Shown: piece by piece, positions 36,808-48,463 of the stretch
Position numbering within the stretch: position 1 is the stretch's first letter
How the letters are laid out: every line of letters begins with the position of its first letter
Assembly (NCBI GenBank): GCA_964621445.1
Contig: CAZUNO010000011.1
Span: forward strand, 17,298-81,297
From: Candidatus Hadarchaeota archaeon
Lineage (GTDB): Archaea > CAYQAE01 > CAYVLA01
Reading direction: 5' to 3'
Length of the DNA stretch: 64,000 nucleotides
The notes under the pieces: generated by a model
What the model was told of the DNA's origin: nothing
The model's input: the letters and a program-made list of their open reading frames with translations, nothing else
Database searches by the model: none
Position numbers and translations under genes: made by a program

Positions 36808-38075
36808 TTCCCGAATTGTGGACTGAGAAACACCGGCCCAGAGAGCTATCGGAAATAAGGGGACAGGACCAGGCGATTAGCAACATCCGTAGCTGGGCCC
36901 GGTCATGGGAAGGGGATAAGCCCAGTTCCAAGGCCGTACTGCTATACGGTCCAGCGGGCACCGGCAAGACCTCGGCGGCACTGGCCTTGTCCCAGGAGAT
37001 GGAATGGGATGTGGTGGAGGTAAACGCCAGCGATAAGAGGTCCAAGTCGTCTCTCGAGGAACTGGCGAAGTCCTGCAGGACCAGGTACAGCATCCTGACC
37101 GGGAGGGGCATAAAGCTCGTAGTGCTGGACGAGATCGATGGCCTTAGCGGGACCCAGGACCGGGGCGGGGTCAAGACCATATCCAAGATGATCCGGGAGA
37201 CGGTGAACCCCATAATAATGACCTGCAACGATTACTACTCATCCAAGCTCAGGTATCTACGGCGCAAGGTTAAGGGTATCGAGTTCAAGAAGCCCAGTAC
37301 CCGTGATGTGCAGAACGTCCTCCGGGAGATCTGCCGGGATGAGGGAATACCGGTGGACAACCTGGCCCTGAGAACCCTAGCCGAGAGGTGCCAGGGCGAT
37401 CTGAGATCGGCGATCAACGATCTCCAGGCGCTCACCGTGGATGGAGAACTATCCCGGGAGGACCTGAGAACCCCCTCTACCAGGAACCAGGAGACCGATA
37501 TATTCCGGGTCCTGGATCTAATCTTCGAGGGGGATCCTGATGCCATAAGTAAGGCACGGGACCTAAATATGAGGCCGAGTCAGCTTCTCAACTGGATTGC
37601 CGAAAACGTCCACAAGAGGTTCAGGGACCCCGGTACCAGAGCCGATGCCTACGAGGTGCTCTCCACGGCTGATATATACCTCTCCTGGGTCTACAGGCGT
37701 ATGCACTGGGGTTTCTGGGGGTATGCTACGGAGATAATGACCCGGGGGCTGGGCGCCCTCACGGGCAGAAGGTATTCCTCGTTCAGGAGAAGGTATCGTT
37801 ACTCCTACCCCAGCAGCTATCTTCGCTACCGGGTACTGATGAAGAACCTGCGCAGGGCGGGCGACAAGGATTCCAGTGGCAGAGGCGATCTGGGGGACGA
37901 ACTTGATGTGGCGAGAATGATAGGTAAGAGGTGCCACATGTCGGCGAGGGCCGTCCACAGGGATTTCCTGCCCTACCTTAGGGTCATCCAGGAAAACGAC
38001 CCCCAGATGGCGGGGGGAATACTAAGGTCAGTGGGAATAAGCGAGGAGGAAATGTGTGATCTTCCATATGGATAG
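36804..38075 (+). CDS. rfcL: Replication factor C large subunit
   Basis: WTEKHRP, GPAGTGKTS, EVNASD, GDLRSAINDLQ, WIAEN. Confidence 0.95.
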   Translation: MIPELWTEKHRPRELSEIRGQDQAISNIRSWARSWEGDKPSSKAVLLYGPAGTGKTSAALALSQEMEWDVVEVNASDKRSKSSLEELAKSCRTRYSILTGRGIKLVVLDEIDGLSGTQDRGGVKTISKMIRETVNPIIMTCNDYYSSKLRYLRRKVKGIEFKKPSTRDVQNVLREICRDEGIPVDNLALRTLAERCQGDLRSAINDLQALTVDGELSREDLRTPSTRNQETDIFRVLDLIFEGDPDAISKARDLNMRPSQLLNWIAENVHKRFRDPGTRADAYEVLSTADIYLSWVYRRMHWGFWGYATEIMTRGLGALTGRRYSSFRRRYRYSYPSSYLRYRVLMKNLRRAGDKDSSGRGDLGDELDVARMIGKRCHMSARAVHRDFLPYLRVIQENDPQMAGGILRSVGISEEEMCDLPYG

Positions 38076-38077
38076 GT

Positions 38078-39307
38078 GTGAGAATGGTAGTTAAGGAGAT
38101 AGTGTTCAAGGGACACGTAATCGACAGCAGAATTTTGCCCGATGTACTGGACCTGATAATGGATCTGGAAGGGGAGTTCGAGTTCCTGGATTTCGAGGTC
38201 GGGAAGAAGAAGACTGACAAGTCATACGTCAGGATGCTCCTCAAGGGAAGGGACAGGGAACACCTGGACGCCATGCTCAGCGAGCTGAGGGAACTGGGAG
38301 CGGAGCTCCCGGAGATGGAGCCGCTGAGCACCGAGGAGGCCCTGGATGACGGCGTCCTGCCCCGGGGATTCTATTCAACAACCAACCACCCAACATTCGT
38401 CAATATAGAGGGCGAATGGGTTGAGGTGGAGAACGTGGAGATGGATTGCGTTATCCTGATAAAGGGCAAGCAGGCCCGGGCCGTACCCATGGGACAGGTG
38501 AAGAAGGGGGAGTCGGTGGTAATCGGCAACGGGGGTATCAGGGTGGTTCCACCGGAAAGACCCCGGGACGCGACCGGGATATTCGAGTTCATGACCAGCA
38601 ACGCCAGCTCCGAGAAACCGGTGGGTACCCTGGTCTCCCGTCTGGCCCGCGAGGTCAACAACCTCAAGGAAAGAGATGGTAGAATCGTGGTGGTGGCCGG
38701 GCCGGCCGTGGTACACACCGGTGCCGGAAGTTCCCTGGCCTGGATGGTGAGGAATGGATACGTGAGCTGCCTTCTCTCGGGCAACGCCCTGGCAGTGCAC
38801 GATGTGGAGAGCTCCCTGTACGGTACATCGCTGGGTACACGCATCGCATCGGCGGACCGACACGAGGGAGGTCACAGGCACCACCTGATGGCCATAAACG
38901 AAGTCCGGAGGGCGGGTGGCCTGGAAGGAGCCGTGGAAAACGGGGTATTGGAGGGGGGGATAATGTACGAGTGCGTTAGGAACCGGGTTCCCTTCGTACT
39001 GGCAGGATCGATAAGGGACGATGGACCGCTACCCGAGGTGATAACCGACGTCATGGAAGCTCAGCAGCAGATGCGGGAGATGCTTAAGGGAGCGGACATG
39101 GTAATGATATTCTCAACCATGCTGCACGCCATCGCGGTAGGCAACCTGTTGCCCTCCTCGGTGAGGACGGTTTGCGTGGATATCAACACCTCGGCGGTGA
39201 CCAAGCTGCTCGATCGCGGCTCGGCCCAGGTTCTGGGAATCGTTTCCGATGTCGGTGTATTTCTGCCCCTCCTGGAGAGGGAGCTAAGCGCATTGGTGGA
39301 TAAATGA
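38078..39307 (+). CDS. TIGR00300/LOR-SDH family protein (ornithine cyclodeaminase-like)
   Basis: GHVIDS, FYSTTNHPT, FEFM...SSEKP, GNALAVHD, LAGSIRDDGPLP. Confidence 0.88.
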   Translation: MRMVVKEIVFKGHVIDSRILPDVLDLIMDLEGEFEFLDFEVGKKKTDKSYVRMLLKGRDREHLDAMLSELRELGAELPEMEPLSTEEALDDGVLPRGFYSTTNHPTFVNIEGEWVEVENVEMDCVILIKGKQARAVPMGQVKKGESVVIGNGGIRVVPPERPRDATGIFEFMTSNASSEKPVGTLVSRLAREVNNLKERDGRIVVVAGPAVVHTGAGSSLAWMVRNGYVSCLLSGNALAVHDVESSLYGTSLGTRIASADRHEGGHRHHLMAINEVRRAGGLEGAVENGVLEGGIMYECVRNRVPFVLAGSIRDDGPLPEVITDVMEAQQQMREMLKGADMVMIFSTMLHAIAVGNLLPSSVRTVCVDINTSAVTKLLDRGSAQVLGIVSDVGVFLPLLERELSALVDK

Positions 39308-40707
39308 GGCTGGTGATGAAGTTCGGCGGGGCCCTTCTGGCCTCGGCGTCGGGCATAATGAGATGTGCTAACCTGGTCAAGAGCGAGGTGGAGAGAGGAA
39401 ATCAGGTCGTGGTGGTGGTGTCAGCGGTCCGGGGGGTGACCGACCGGTTGCTAACCGGCGCCCGAGAGATAATCGAGCTCGAGCGGGATGAAGCGGAGGG
39501 CTGGATAGAGGATTTCTGCACTAAAATTGGCGATACCCACCTGTCACTGCTATGTGAAATGGTCCCCGACCAGGGACCGCTCCCCCATATCGATGAGATA
39601 GCCGATTTCCTGAAGGAAGCATTGGCTGCTTACCATGATGACCGCTCCGAGCATTCGCTGGATGCCATAGCCTCCATCGGCGAGAGGTTTTCGGCCCCCC
39701 TGTTTTCCCTGGCCCTTTCCCAGGTTGGAATAGAGTCCCGATCGATGCTGGGGGGTGAGGCGGGAATAATCACAGACTCGAACTACAGGAACGCGGTTCC
39801 CGATATGGACATGTGCCGGGTTGAGGTGAGGGGTAAGGTCGGGCTTCTCCTAGATCGTGGAATCACCCCGGTGATAACCGGTTTCGTGGCCCGGGACCAG
39901 GGGGGCAGGATAACCACCCTGGGCAGAGGGGGCTCGGACTACACCGCGTCCATACTGGGGGCCTGCCTGGATTCCGACGAGATATGGATATGGAAGGACG
40001 TCGGGGGCATAATGACCGCCAACCCCGATCTCATACCCGAGGCCAGGACCGTACCCAGGCTCTCCTACACCGAGGCGGCCGAGCTTGCACATTTCGGGGC
40101 CGAGGTGCTTCATCCCAAGACCATGGCCCCGGCCATGGAGGGTGGCATACCCATACGGGTAAAGGACTCCGGCAGTCCCGAGTCCGGGGGAACCCTCATC
40201 AGCGAGAAAACCATGAGCGTTTCCACGGCCGTGAAGGCGGTGACCAGCATAGACCGGGTTGGGTTGGTATCGGTGTCGGGCACCGAGATGGCGGGGGTTC
40301 CCGGGGTGGCGGCCAGCGTGTTCGACAGGCTTGCCGATGCTGGCATAAACGTGATGATGATATCACAGAGTTCATCCGAGATCAACATAACCCTGGTGGT
40401 CCCCGGCGGAGAGGTCTCCCTGTGTCGGAGGACCATGGCCAGGGATTTCGAGGAGCACGATCTGGTGGAGGACATAGAGTTCGACGAGGATATCTCCATA
40501 ATCTCCGTGGTGGGGGCCGGAATGAGGGGCACGCCGGGGGTGGCGGCAAAGGTATTCCAGTCCGTGGCCGACGCTGGGATTAACGTGATAATGATAGCTC
40601 AGGGTTCCTCCGAGGTCAATATATCCTTCGTGGTATCCCGCGAGGATTCACCGAGGGCCGTGGAAGCCATCCACCGCAGTTTCAAGCTCGGTCAGCCGTT
40701 TCAGTAG
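39304..40707 (+). CDS. lysC: Aspartate kinase
   Basis: [23 protein letters not shown], two ACT domains. Confidence 0.95.
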   Translation: MRLVMKFGGALLASASGIMRCANLVKSEVERGNQVVVVVSAVRGVTDRLLTGAREIIELERDEAEGWIEDFCTKIGDTHLSLLCEMVPDQGPLPHIDEIADFLKEALAAYHDDRSEHSLDAIASIGERFSAPLFSLALSQVGIESRSMLGGEAGIITDSNYRNAVPDMDMCRVEVRGKVGLLLDRGITPVITGFVARDQGGRITTLGRGGSDYTASILGACLDSDEIWIWKDVGGIMTANPDLIPEARTVPRLSYTEAAELAHFGAEVLHPKTMAPAMEGGIPIRVKDSGSPESGGTLISEKTMSVSTAVKAVTSIDRVGLVSVSGTEMAGVPGVAASVFDRLADAGINVMMISQSSSEINITLVVPGGEVSLCRRTMARDFEEHDLVEDIEFDEDISIISVVGAGMRGTPGVAAKVFQSVADAGINVIMIAQGSSEVNISFVVSREDSPRAVEAIHRSFKLGQPFQ

Positions 40708-41779
40708 TCGGGGTCTCGGACTCCAGTCCCAGGTAGTCTGCCACGTCCTCCACCCTGGGTGGGAGGGCGTCCGGCTCCTCTATGAGCCCGATGGCCATGT
40801 CGGGGTCCTTGAGCCCGTGCCCGGTGAGAATGCAGACCGCGCTGTCGCCGGTCCGGACCTCTCCCCTCTCCAATGCCTTGGCAAGGCCGGCCACCGAGGC
40901 GGCTGAGGCCGGTTCCACGAAGATGCCCTCCCGGGAGGCCAGTGCCCGGTAGGCCTTGGTTATCTCCTGGTCGGTGACCGCGGTAATTGAGCCATCGGAT
41001 TCATCGGCGGCCCTCACCGCCTTATCCCAGCTGGCGGGGTTGCCTATCTTTATGGCCGTGGCCAAGGTCTCCGGTTCCTCGACCTCGTGGCCCAGGACTA
41101 TGGGTGCCGCTCCCGCGGCCTGGAATCCCAGCATCTTGGGTGTCCCCGGCGACCTCCCGCCAGCGGCGTACTCCTTGAACCCCTTCCAGTAGGCGGTTAT
41201 GTTGCCGGCGTTGCCCACGGGTATGCACAGGCAGTCCGGGTTGGTGCCCAGCTGGTCACATATCTCGAAGGCCCCGGTCTTCTGGCCCTCAATTCGGTTG
41301 GGGTTTATGGAATTGACCAGGGTCACCGGGTACTGGTCGGTGATGGATCGGACAATCCTCAGGGCGTCGTCGAAGTTGCCCTCTATGGCGATAACGATGG
41401 CATTGTGGACCAAAGCCTGGGCAAGTTTGCCCTTGGCTATGGCCCCCTTGGGGATCACCACCGCGGCATCGATCTCCGACCGGGCTCCATAGGCGGCTGC
41501 AGAGGCCGAGGTATTGCCGGTGGAGGCACACATTATCATCTCCGAACCCTCCTCCATCGCCTTGGAGACCGCCATGGTCATGCCCCTATCCTTGAAGGAC
41601 CCCGTGGGGTTCATGCCCTCCATCTTGAAGTAGAGTTCTATTCCCGCTCTGGGTCCTAGATAGGTCGATTTCACCAGGGGCGTGTTTCCCTCGTTCAGGG
41701 TTACCACCGGCGTTTCCTCGCTAACCGGCAGGAATTCCCTGTAGGTTTCGATCACTCCGGGCCAGAATTCGTCCTTCAT
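40682..41779 (-). CDS. thrC: Threonine synthase
   Basis: [34 protein letters not shown]. Confidence 0.96.
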   Translation of the reverse strand: MKDEFWPGVIETYREFLPVSEETPVVTLNEGNTPLVKSTYLGPRAGIELYFKMEGMNPTGSFKDRGMTMAVSKAMEEGSEMIMCASTGNTSASAAAYGARSEIDAAVVIPKGAIAKGKLAQALVHNAIVIAIEGNFDDALRIVRSITDQYPVTLVNSINPNRIEGQKTGAFEICDQLGTNPDCLCIPVGNAGNITAYWKGFKEYAAGGRSPGTPKMLGFQAAGAAPIVLGHEVEEPETLATAIKIGNPASWDKAVRAADESDGSITAVTDQEITKAYRALASREGIFVEPASAASVAGLAKALERGEVRTGDSAVCILTGHGLKDPDMAIGLIEEPDALPPRVEDVADYLGLESETPTTETADRA

Positions 41780-43080
41780 AGTTCATCCTCCACTCTGATA
41801 CAAGATCCAATGCTCTCGACAACTTCCAGCTTGCTCATCCTGGAAAGGGCCTCGGTTATGTTGCCTTCCCTGGCCTTGTGGGTCATGAACACCAGGTCCA
41901 CCACCCTTCCCTTTTCCTCGGCCTGTCTCACGCTGGCCAGGCTTATATCCTCCTCACCGAACACCCCTGCTATGCTTGCCAGGGCCCCGGGGCGGTCAAT
42001 AACCCTGAGCCTCATGTAGTATTTGGTCTCCAGCTTCCCGATGTCCATCACGTTTTCGGCCCTAGCCGTGGGCAGTCCGCTCTCGAATCCCACCTTTGAG
42101 TCTGAGAGAAGGGATCTGGAGGCGTCGAGTATGTCGGCCACCACGGCGCTACCGGCCGAGGGACCTCCGGCACCGGTGCCGTAGAAAAGACCGGGACCAG
42201 CGGAGTCGGTGTTCACGAAAACCGCGTTGTAAATGCCGGTGACCGAGGTCAGGAGATGATCCTGGGGTATGAGGGTTGGATGGACCCTTATCTCGAGTCC
42301 ACCCCGTTCTTTTTTACCCACGGCCAGAAGCTTTATGGTGTAGCCCAACTCCCGGGCGTAGCCTATGTCCTTCTGGGAGACCGAGGTGATTCCCTCCCTG
42401 AAGACACGGTCCAGGGTAACCCAGCCCCCGAAGGATATGGAGGCCAGAATTGCCATCTTGTGGGCGGCGTCGATGCCCTCTATGTCGTAGGAGGGGTCGG
42501 CCTCGGCGTAGCCCATCCTGGTGGCCTCGTCAAGCGCCTCCTGGAATTCCATGCCCTCCACGGACATCTTGCTCAGTATGTAGTTGGTGGTCCCGTTCAC
42601 GATCCCGTAGATCTGCTCCAGGTTATTCCCGGCCAGTCCCTGGTGGATCCCCCTGAGCAGCGGTATCCCGCCTCCAACCGAGGCCTCGAAATACAGGCCG
42701 GACCCGCTTTTCCTGGACAGGGAGACTAGCTCAAAACCGGAGTTGGCCATTACCTCCTTGTTGGCGGTGACCACCGTTTTGCCGGATCTCAGTGCCCTCT
42801 CCATGAATGATCGGGCGGGTTCAAGTCCCCCTATCAATTCCACTACTATGTCAATTTCCGGGTCATCAAGCAGTTCTCCGGCCTCGGTGGTGAAGACCTC
42901 GCTCGGGATGTCGAGCTCCCTTCCGAGCTCCTCTCTTCTGTCGGCCACTTTGGCCACCCGTATCTCGGCACCGGTTCGGGACCGCAACCTTTCCCTCTGG
43001 TCCCTGAGTATCCGGTAGGTGGCGGCACCCACGGTGCCCAATCCTATAATGCCCACTTTGATGGTCTTCAACGGACTCAC
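41776..43080 (-). CDS. hom: Homoserine dehydrogenase with C-terminal ACT domain
   Basis: [36 protein letters not shown]. Confidence 0.96.
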   Translation of the reverse strand: MSPLKTIKVGIIGLGTVGAATYRILRDQRERLRSRTGAEIRVAKVADRREELGRELDIPSEVFTTEAGELLDDPEIDIVVELIGGLEPARSFMERALRSGKTVVTANKEVMANSGFELVSLSRKSGSGLYFEASVGGGIPLLRGIHQGLAGNNLEQIYGIVNGTTNYILSKMSVEGMEFQEALDEATRMGYAEADPSYDIEGIDAAHKMAILASISFGGWVTLDRVFREGITSVSQKDIGYARELGYTIKLLAVGKKERGGLEIRVHPTLIPQDHLLTSVTGIYNAVFVNTDSAGPGLFYGTGAGGPSAGSAVVADILDASRSLLSDSKVGFESGLPTARAENVMDIGKLETKYYMRLRVIDRPGALASIAGVFGEEDISLASVRQAEEKGRVVDLVFMTHKAREGNITEALSRMSKLEVVESIGSCIRVEDEL

Positions 43081-43081
43081 C

Positions 43082-43885
43082 TCAAATTACATCGATGTTC
43101 TCGCTGATCGTCTGGAACTCTCTCAGCTTCTCGTTGGAGGGGCTTTCCACCTTGAACACGCACCTCTCCTGGTAATTTGCCAGGCACTCCACCTCGGTAA
43201 CATGTACCTCTTCCATCATTATTTGGGAAAGGATGCCCTCGAGTATGCCACACACGGCGAAGCAGGAGGGGCCCTTTCCCCGGAACTCCCGGGAGGAGAA
43301 GCAGTTCTCTATTATTACCAGCCCGTTGTCCACATCTATGGTAACGCTGTCCCCAATGGCTCTGGACTCCAGTATCTTCTCCCATACCGGCAGCTTGTTT
43401 GTCAGTTCGCCTATCTCATCCAGCCAGTAGTCGGCCATGACCTTTCCGAAATCCCTTCCCATGTTCCTGAGGACCTCGGGGTCCACGTGGGGTTTCATTC
43501 TGGACCATTCATTCAGACCTATGGGTAGTATGTCCTGGTCGAACATCCGCAGCCCCTTGAAATGAGAGTCGAAAATCACGTCCTTTGACTCGTTTATCTC
43601 AATGGCGTAGATTACGTTGGTGAACTCTATCTCCTTCCTGACCTGCTTCATGTCCACATCGCTATCGGTTATATCCACGAAAGCGCTGTACCTGCCGGAA
43701 ACGCCCCTCTCGGCGGTATCGAACCAGCCCAGCTTGAGGTCGATCCCGTGTTTGGCCAGAATGGAGAGCACCTTGCTCTGGGACCCCGGAACGTCCTCCA
43801 GGGTCATGGATATCTGAGCGAGCTTTCTTCCCTTTGCCGTGTAGTATATACCTATATCACGGTCACCGATTTCATCTTCTTCCAA
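43082..43885 (-). CDS. ACT plus V4R domain protein
   Basis: LEDVPG ACT start; C-terminal NCF...SC...GILEG...EVECLA....CVF V4R cysteines. Confidence 0.8.
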   Translation of the reverse strand: MEEDEIGDRDIGIYYTAKGRKLAQISMTLEDVPGSQSKVLSILAKHGIDLKLGWFDTAERGVSGRYSAFVDITDSDVDMKQVRKEIEFTNVIYAIEINESKDVIFDSHFKGLRMFDQDILPIGLNEWSRMKPHVDPEVLRNMGRDFGKVMADYWLDEIGELTNKLPVWEKILESRAIGDSVTIDVDNGLVIIENCFSSREFRGKGPSCFAVCGILEGILSQIMMEEVHVTEVECLANYQERCVFKVESPSNEKLREFQTISENIDVI

Positions 43886-43903
43886 TTAGTCCCCCTCGGA
43901 CTT

Positions 43904-44806
43904 TCACCTAAATATTTTAGTAAGCGGGTGTCCCTGGGCCGGTTTGGTACGGTATTCCCATCTGTTCTGGTAGGCTGAAAAGGCGTCAACTGCGGCGATT
44001 GCCCAGGTGATCCAGCGGGCGTAGCCGATGGGCCCGTACATCACGAAGTCGCATCCCATGACCACCGAGGTTATGGTGGAGGCCACGTGTGCCGAGCGAT
44101 ATATATCCTTGCTCTTCCTGGCCTTCTTCCACTGTGTGGTGGCGTTGCTGGCCCCGCAGCCCACGGGGAGGCCGAACTTCTCCTTTACCAGGTAGCATGC
44201 TTTGCTGGCAGTCCCTATGCTGGGAACGTCAAGAACCATGGTGTCCACCAGGAACTTCTCGAATCCTACCTCCTTGGCCACCGGCAGGAGCTCGTTCTCA
44301 AGAATATCCAGCCTTCCTCCGGCCGACATGACCTTCTTGTCGAAGGTTAGAAGCACGCAGGTCTCCAGATTCAGGTCCTTCACCTGCTCGATCTCGTCCT
44401 CGGTGTAATCTGGAGAAATTGAGTTGTATATTGCCCTCTTCTCCAGGCCCACCTCGGAGCAGTGCTTGGCCACCGGTAGCCTCACGTCGGCGGTGATACC
44501 GTCGACCAGGAAGGGAACCTCGGTTTTCTCGGCGACCCAGTCAACGTAGCGTTCCAGGGCCTCCGGGTGGTTGCCCACAACGTCAAGTATGTAGGGGGTT
44601 CCCGTTTCATCCTTCAGAGAATCAACCCTGTTAATGAGCTTCTCGGCCTTCTTCTCGTCGAAAAGCCCCTTCTTTTCGTCCTTAACGATGCTATGTCCGG
44701 TGAAGAATATGCTGGGGATGGCCACGGTTGGGTTGGTGCCCGGCTGTCCGCCAATCTTCACTTCACCTATGTCATATACGGTCTGTTCCACTGGGTATTT
44801 GAACAA
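43904..44806 (-). CDS. mtrH: MtrH-family pterin:corrinoid methyltransferase
   Basis: IGEVKIGGQPG.NPTV...SIF..GH, YNSI, GLPVGCG..N, DFVMYGPI. Confidence 0.88.
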   Translation of the reverse strand: MFKYPVEQTVYDIGEVKIGGQPGTNPTVAIPSIFFTGHSIVKDEKKGLFDEKKAEKLINRVDSLKDETGTPYILDVVGNHPEALERYVDWVAEKTEVPFLVDGITADVRLPVAKHCSEVGLEKRAIYNSISPDYTEDEIEQVKDLNLETCVLLTFDKKVMSAGGRLDILENELLPVAKEVGFEKFLVDTMVLDVPSIGTASKACYLVKEKFGLPVGCGASNATTQWKKARKSKDIYRSAHVASTITSVVMGCDFVMYGPIGYARWITWAIAAVDAFSAYQNRWEYRTKPAQGHPLTKIFR

Positions 44807-44834
44807 ATGGTCCTCCTCCTTTCCGTTTTCTGAA

Positions 44835-46280
44835 TCAGCCCTTGGTTACGGCCAGAGGCCTCAGCTTGGCGACTTTTCTGCTTATTCCCACCTTGTGGCA
44901 GACATCTACAACGTTATTAATGTCCTTGTAAGCGCCGGGGGCTTCCTCCGCGATCACCGGCATACTTGCAGCTTTAACTATGATTCCCTCCTTTTCCAGA
45001 TCGCTCTGCACGGTCTCTCCCCAGAAGTTCTTCTTGGCCTTGGTGCGGCTGAGTATTCTGCCGGCGCCGTGACAGGTGGAGCCGAATGTCTCGTTCATGG
45101 CGGTCTCCGTTCCCACCAGCAGGTAGGAGGCGGTGCCCATGTCTCCGGGTATGATCACCGGCTGTCCTATCTCCGAATAGTCGTCGGGTATGGAGTCGCT
45201 TCCCGGGCCGAAGCTACGGGTTGCTCCCTTACGGTGTACGCATAGTTCCATATCCTCTCCATCTACGGTGTGATACTCCATCTTCCCGATGTTGTGGGCC
45301 ACGTCGTAGACCATGCTCATGTCCAGGCTCTCCGGGCTCTCGCCAAGCACGTCCTGGAAGGTCTCCCTCACCCAGTGCATTATCATCTGCCTGTTGCCCC
45401 ATGCGTAGTTGGCCCCTGCTGACATGGCCGCCATGTAGGAGTCGGCCTCCGGGGTGCCAAGGGGTGCACAGGCCAGCTCGCGGTCCGGGATGTCTATGTC
45501 GTACTTCTTTACCGCTTTCTCCATAACCTTGAGGTAGTCGGAGCATATCTGGTGCCCGCAACCCCTGGAACCGGTATGTATCATGGTTGTTACCTGGTTC
45601 TCGTGATCTATCCCCATCACTTCGGCGGCTTTCTGGTCGAAGATCTTGTCCACGTACTGGATTTCCAGGAAATGGTTTCCGCTACCCAGACTTCCCAGCT
45701 GGGGGATCCCCCTTTTCTTGGCCCTGTCGCTGATAACCGAGGAGTCGGCCCTTTCCAGAGACCCGTTTTCCTCCATATGCTCCAGGTCCTCGTCCCAGCC
45801 GTAGCCGTTCTCCACGGCCCAGGCGGCACCTCTCTCCAACACCTGTTCTATCTCCCTGCTGTCCAGCTTCACCCTGCCCTTACTGCCCAGTCCGGAGGGG
45901 ACATTCTTGAAAGCTGTGTTTATTAGGGATTTCAGGTTGGACTTTATGTCCTCCTTGTCCAGGTTGGTGCGGAGCAGCCTGACTCCGCAGTTGATGTCAT
46001 AACCTATTCCACCGGGGCTTATTACCCCGTCCTCTGAGTCGAAGGCTGCCACCCCTCCGATGGGAAAGCCGTATCCAAGGTGGACATCCGGCATGGCCAT
46101 GGAGTAATTGACGATGCCCGGGAGGCATGCGATATTGACCACCTGGCCTATGGTCCGATTGTCGATTTCCTTCAATAATTTCGAGTCAGCGATTACCCTC
46201 CCCGGCACCCTCATACAGTCCTTGTAGCTGGCGGGGATCTCGTGAACGAGTTCGGATATCTTCTTCATTTGGTTGCTCAT
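44835..46280 (-). CDS. rtcB: tRNA-splicing ligase RtcB
   Basis: [47 protein letters not shown]; no intein. Confidence 0.97.
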   Translation of the reverse strand: MSNQMKKISELVHEIPASYKDCMRVPGRVIADSKLLKEIDNRTIGQVVNIACLPGIVNYSMAMPDVHLGYGFPIGGVAAFDSEDGVISPGGIGYDINCGVRLLRTNLDKEDIKSNLKSLINTAFKNVPSGLGSKGRVKLDSREIEQVLERGAAWAVENGYGWDEDLEHMEENGSLERADSSVISDRAKKRGIPQLGSLGSGNHFLEIQYVDKIFDQKAAEVMGIDHENQVTTMIHTGSRGCGHQICSDYLKVMEKAVKKYDIDIPDRELACAPLGTPEADSYMAAMSAGANYAWGNRQMIMHWVRETFQDVLGESPESLDMSMVYDVAHNIGKMEYHTVDGEDMELCVHRKGATRSFGPGSDSIPDDYSEIGQPVIIPGDMGTASYLLVGTETAMNETFGSTCHGAGRILSRTKAKKNFWGETVQSDLEKEGIIVKAASMPVIAEEAPGAYKDINNVVDVCHKVGISRKVAKLRPLAVTKG

Positions 46281-46423
46281 GTATGTCTACCTTCCCTAGA
46301 ATAGGCGTTCCTTACTGGAATGGTTCATCTTTGGATTTGAAAACTCTTTTCCATCAGCGGGGCAGGTGCAGTTTGCCCTCAAGGGGCTCAAATACTTATC
46401 TTGAATGAGCCATCTCACAGCAT

Positions 46424-47245
46424 ATGCGGGACCAGATGGATGACATAAACACGGTTTGGAGAGACCCTGAGAGGTTGAGGGCCCCGGCCTTCAACATAAT
46501 TGGAAATCTTTACTACGTGGGGAATCGGGATGTCAGCAGCCACCTCCTGGCCTCGGACCAGGGACATATCCTTATAGATACAGGTTTCTCGTCCACGGTG
46601 CCCCTCCTCCTGGATAGCATAAGGTACTTGGGGTTCGAGGAGCAGGACATCGAACTCATAGTCAATACCCACGCGCACGAGGACCACGCGGGTGGCAATC
46701 GAAGGATGCTGGAGGCCACGGGAGCGAGGTCAGCCATAGGTAGGCGGGATGTCAAAACCGTGGAGGCGGGAACGGAGCTCACCTGCGGTCACTACATGTA
46801 CGGCGTTGAGCATTTCGACACCTACCATGTGGACATTCCCCTGGAGGGGGGAGAGGAGTTCCAGTTCGGAGATTCGGTTCTGAGGGTGCACAGCACACCT
46901 GGTCACACCCCGGGGACCTGTAGCTACGAGATACCTGTCAATTATCGCGGTCGGGAGCTGACCGCCTTCCTTTTCGGTGGGCCCGGGCAGTGGACCTTCC
47001 AGAGGGAACACCGGTGTCAGGGATATGAGGGGGACATGGAGGACTATGCACGTAGCCTGGATTATCTATCGGGAATCGAGGTGGACGTGCCCCTGGGGGC
47101 CCATCCCGGCCAGAACAGGGCCCTGGATAAACACCGGAAAATGAAATCATGCAGCGGGGAGAACCCCTTCATAGACCCGGGTCACTGGCCGCGCTTCCTG
47201 TCGGGCCTCGTGGAGAGCTTCGACTCAGTACCACGCGGTGGGTAA
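46424..47245 (+). CDS. Metallo-beta-lactamase-fold hydrolase resembling subclass B3
   Basis: PAFNIIGNLYYVG, THAHEDHAGG, TPGHTPG, LGAHP; no signal peptide. Confidence 0.85.
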   Translation: MRDQMDDINTVWRDPERLRAPAFNIIGNLYYVGNRDVSSHLLASDQGHILIDTGFSSTVPLLLDSIRYLGFEEQDIELIVNTHAHEDHAGGNRRMLEATGARSAIGRRDVKTVEAGTELTCGHYMYGVEHFDTYHVDIPLEGGEEFQFGDSVLRVHSTPGHTPGTCSYEIPVNYRGRELTAFLFGGPGQWTFQREHRCQGYEGDMEDYARSLDYLSGIEVDVPLGAHPGQNRALDKHRKMKSCSGENPFIDPGHWPRFLSGLVESFDSVPRGG

Positions 47246-47293
47246 CAATATATCTAAATAGCAATCGGAAACCCTCCCTGGAGGAGATATCAC

Positions 47294-48436
47294 ATGATTG
47301 ACCTTAGACCTCAGGCGGAGCGACGGACCAAAGAGGAGCTGATCCGGCAGCTGGAGGATTTTGAACTTGATCTGAAGTTCTCGGCCGGGGTCTGGTTTTT
47401 TGCCCCCGGCGGAGGGAGGTTTCACGACCGTTATGTGGATGACATGTCCATAGAGGAGAGGCTGAACAAGGCCGCGGAGCTCTCGGACTACGGCCTGGAG
47501 GGGATAGAGGCACATTACCCTAACGAGATTAACGAGGAAAATATCGATCTTTACAGGGACCTGGAGAGGTCATCGGGCATAAAGGTGGTGTCCATAGTGC
47601 CCAATTTATTCTACGAGAGAAAGTTCGAGTTCGGGTCACTGTCCTCGCCCCTCCCTGACCGGAGGAAACAGGCCATCGAGAGGACCAAGAAGACCCTCAG
47701 ACTCAACAAGGAGATGGATACCGAGTTTGCCATCGTGTGGCCGGGCATAGACGGCTACGAGAACCCCTTTGGCATAGATTTCCTGGCCGCCCGGGACCGT
47801 TTCTGTTCCGGGTTGGCTGAGGCCATGGACGCGGTTCCCGGGGTGAGGGTGGCCGAGGAACCGAAGCCCTACGAGCCCCGGGGGAATATCATGTACGGCA
47901 CAACCCCGGAAGGTATTCTCATGGCCCAGAAGACGGAGTCCATGCTCAGGAACGAGGAGAACCGGAAAATTCTACGTGAGGGCCGCTGCCTGGTGGGACT
48001 GAACCCCGAGGTGGGTCACGTGCTGATGGGATACGAGGACCTTGCCTACGCCCTGAGCCTGGCCATGGAATACGGGAAGCTGGCCCATACCCACTGGAAC
48101 AGCCAGCCCCTGGGAAACTATGACCAGGATCTTGACGTGGGCGTTATTTCCCCCGAGCAGACCGAGGCTGGTCTGTACGTGCTGAAGATGTACGGCTATG
48201 AGGGTTACTTCGGGATAGACATAAACCCGGAGAGGATACCGGTCGAGCAGGCCCTCAAGAACTCTATGGACGCCCTGAGGGCCGCAAATGACAGGATCAA
48301 CTCCCTGGACCACGAGAAGGTCATAAACAGCACCTCCCAGCCGGACAAGAACCGGGGCTGGCTGGAGGCCTACCTCATCCGCGCCAGGGCCGACAACCCA
48401 CAGGATCTTCCCCCCATAACCCCATTTGAGGAATAG
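47294..48436 (+). CDS. Xylose isomerase-like TIM-barrel sugar isomerase
   Basis: VWPGIDG, EPKPYEPR, NPEVGH, HWN, YDQD metal-binding motifs. Confidence 0.85.
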   Translation: MIDLRPQAERRTKEELIRQLEDFELDLKFSAGVWFFAPGGGRFHDRYVDDMSIEERLNKAAELSDYGLEGIEAHYPNEINEENIDLYRDLERSSGIKVVSIVPNLFYERKFEFGSLSSPLPDRRKQAIERTKKTLRLNKEMDTEFAIVWPGIDGYENPFGIDFLAARDRFCSGLAEAMDAVPGVRVAEEPKPYEPRGNIMYGTTPEGILMAQKTESMLRNEENRKILREGRCLVGLNPEVGHVLMGYEDLAYALSLAMEYGKLAHTHWNSQPLGNYDQDLDVGVISPEQTEAGLYVLKMYGYEGYFGIDINPERIPVEQALKNSMDALRAANDRINSLDHEKVINSTSQPDKNRGWLEAYLIRARADNPQDLPPITPFEE

Positions 48437-48463
48437 CGGGCCCGGAGCGTGGTTTAGGTTACC

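Noticed and set aside
12731-46280. Inteins in atpA, rfcS or rtcB (common intein hosts)
   Set aside because: All three have normal lengths and uninterrupted motifs.
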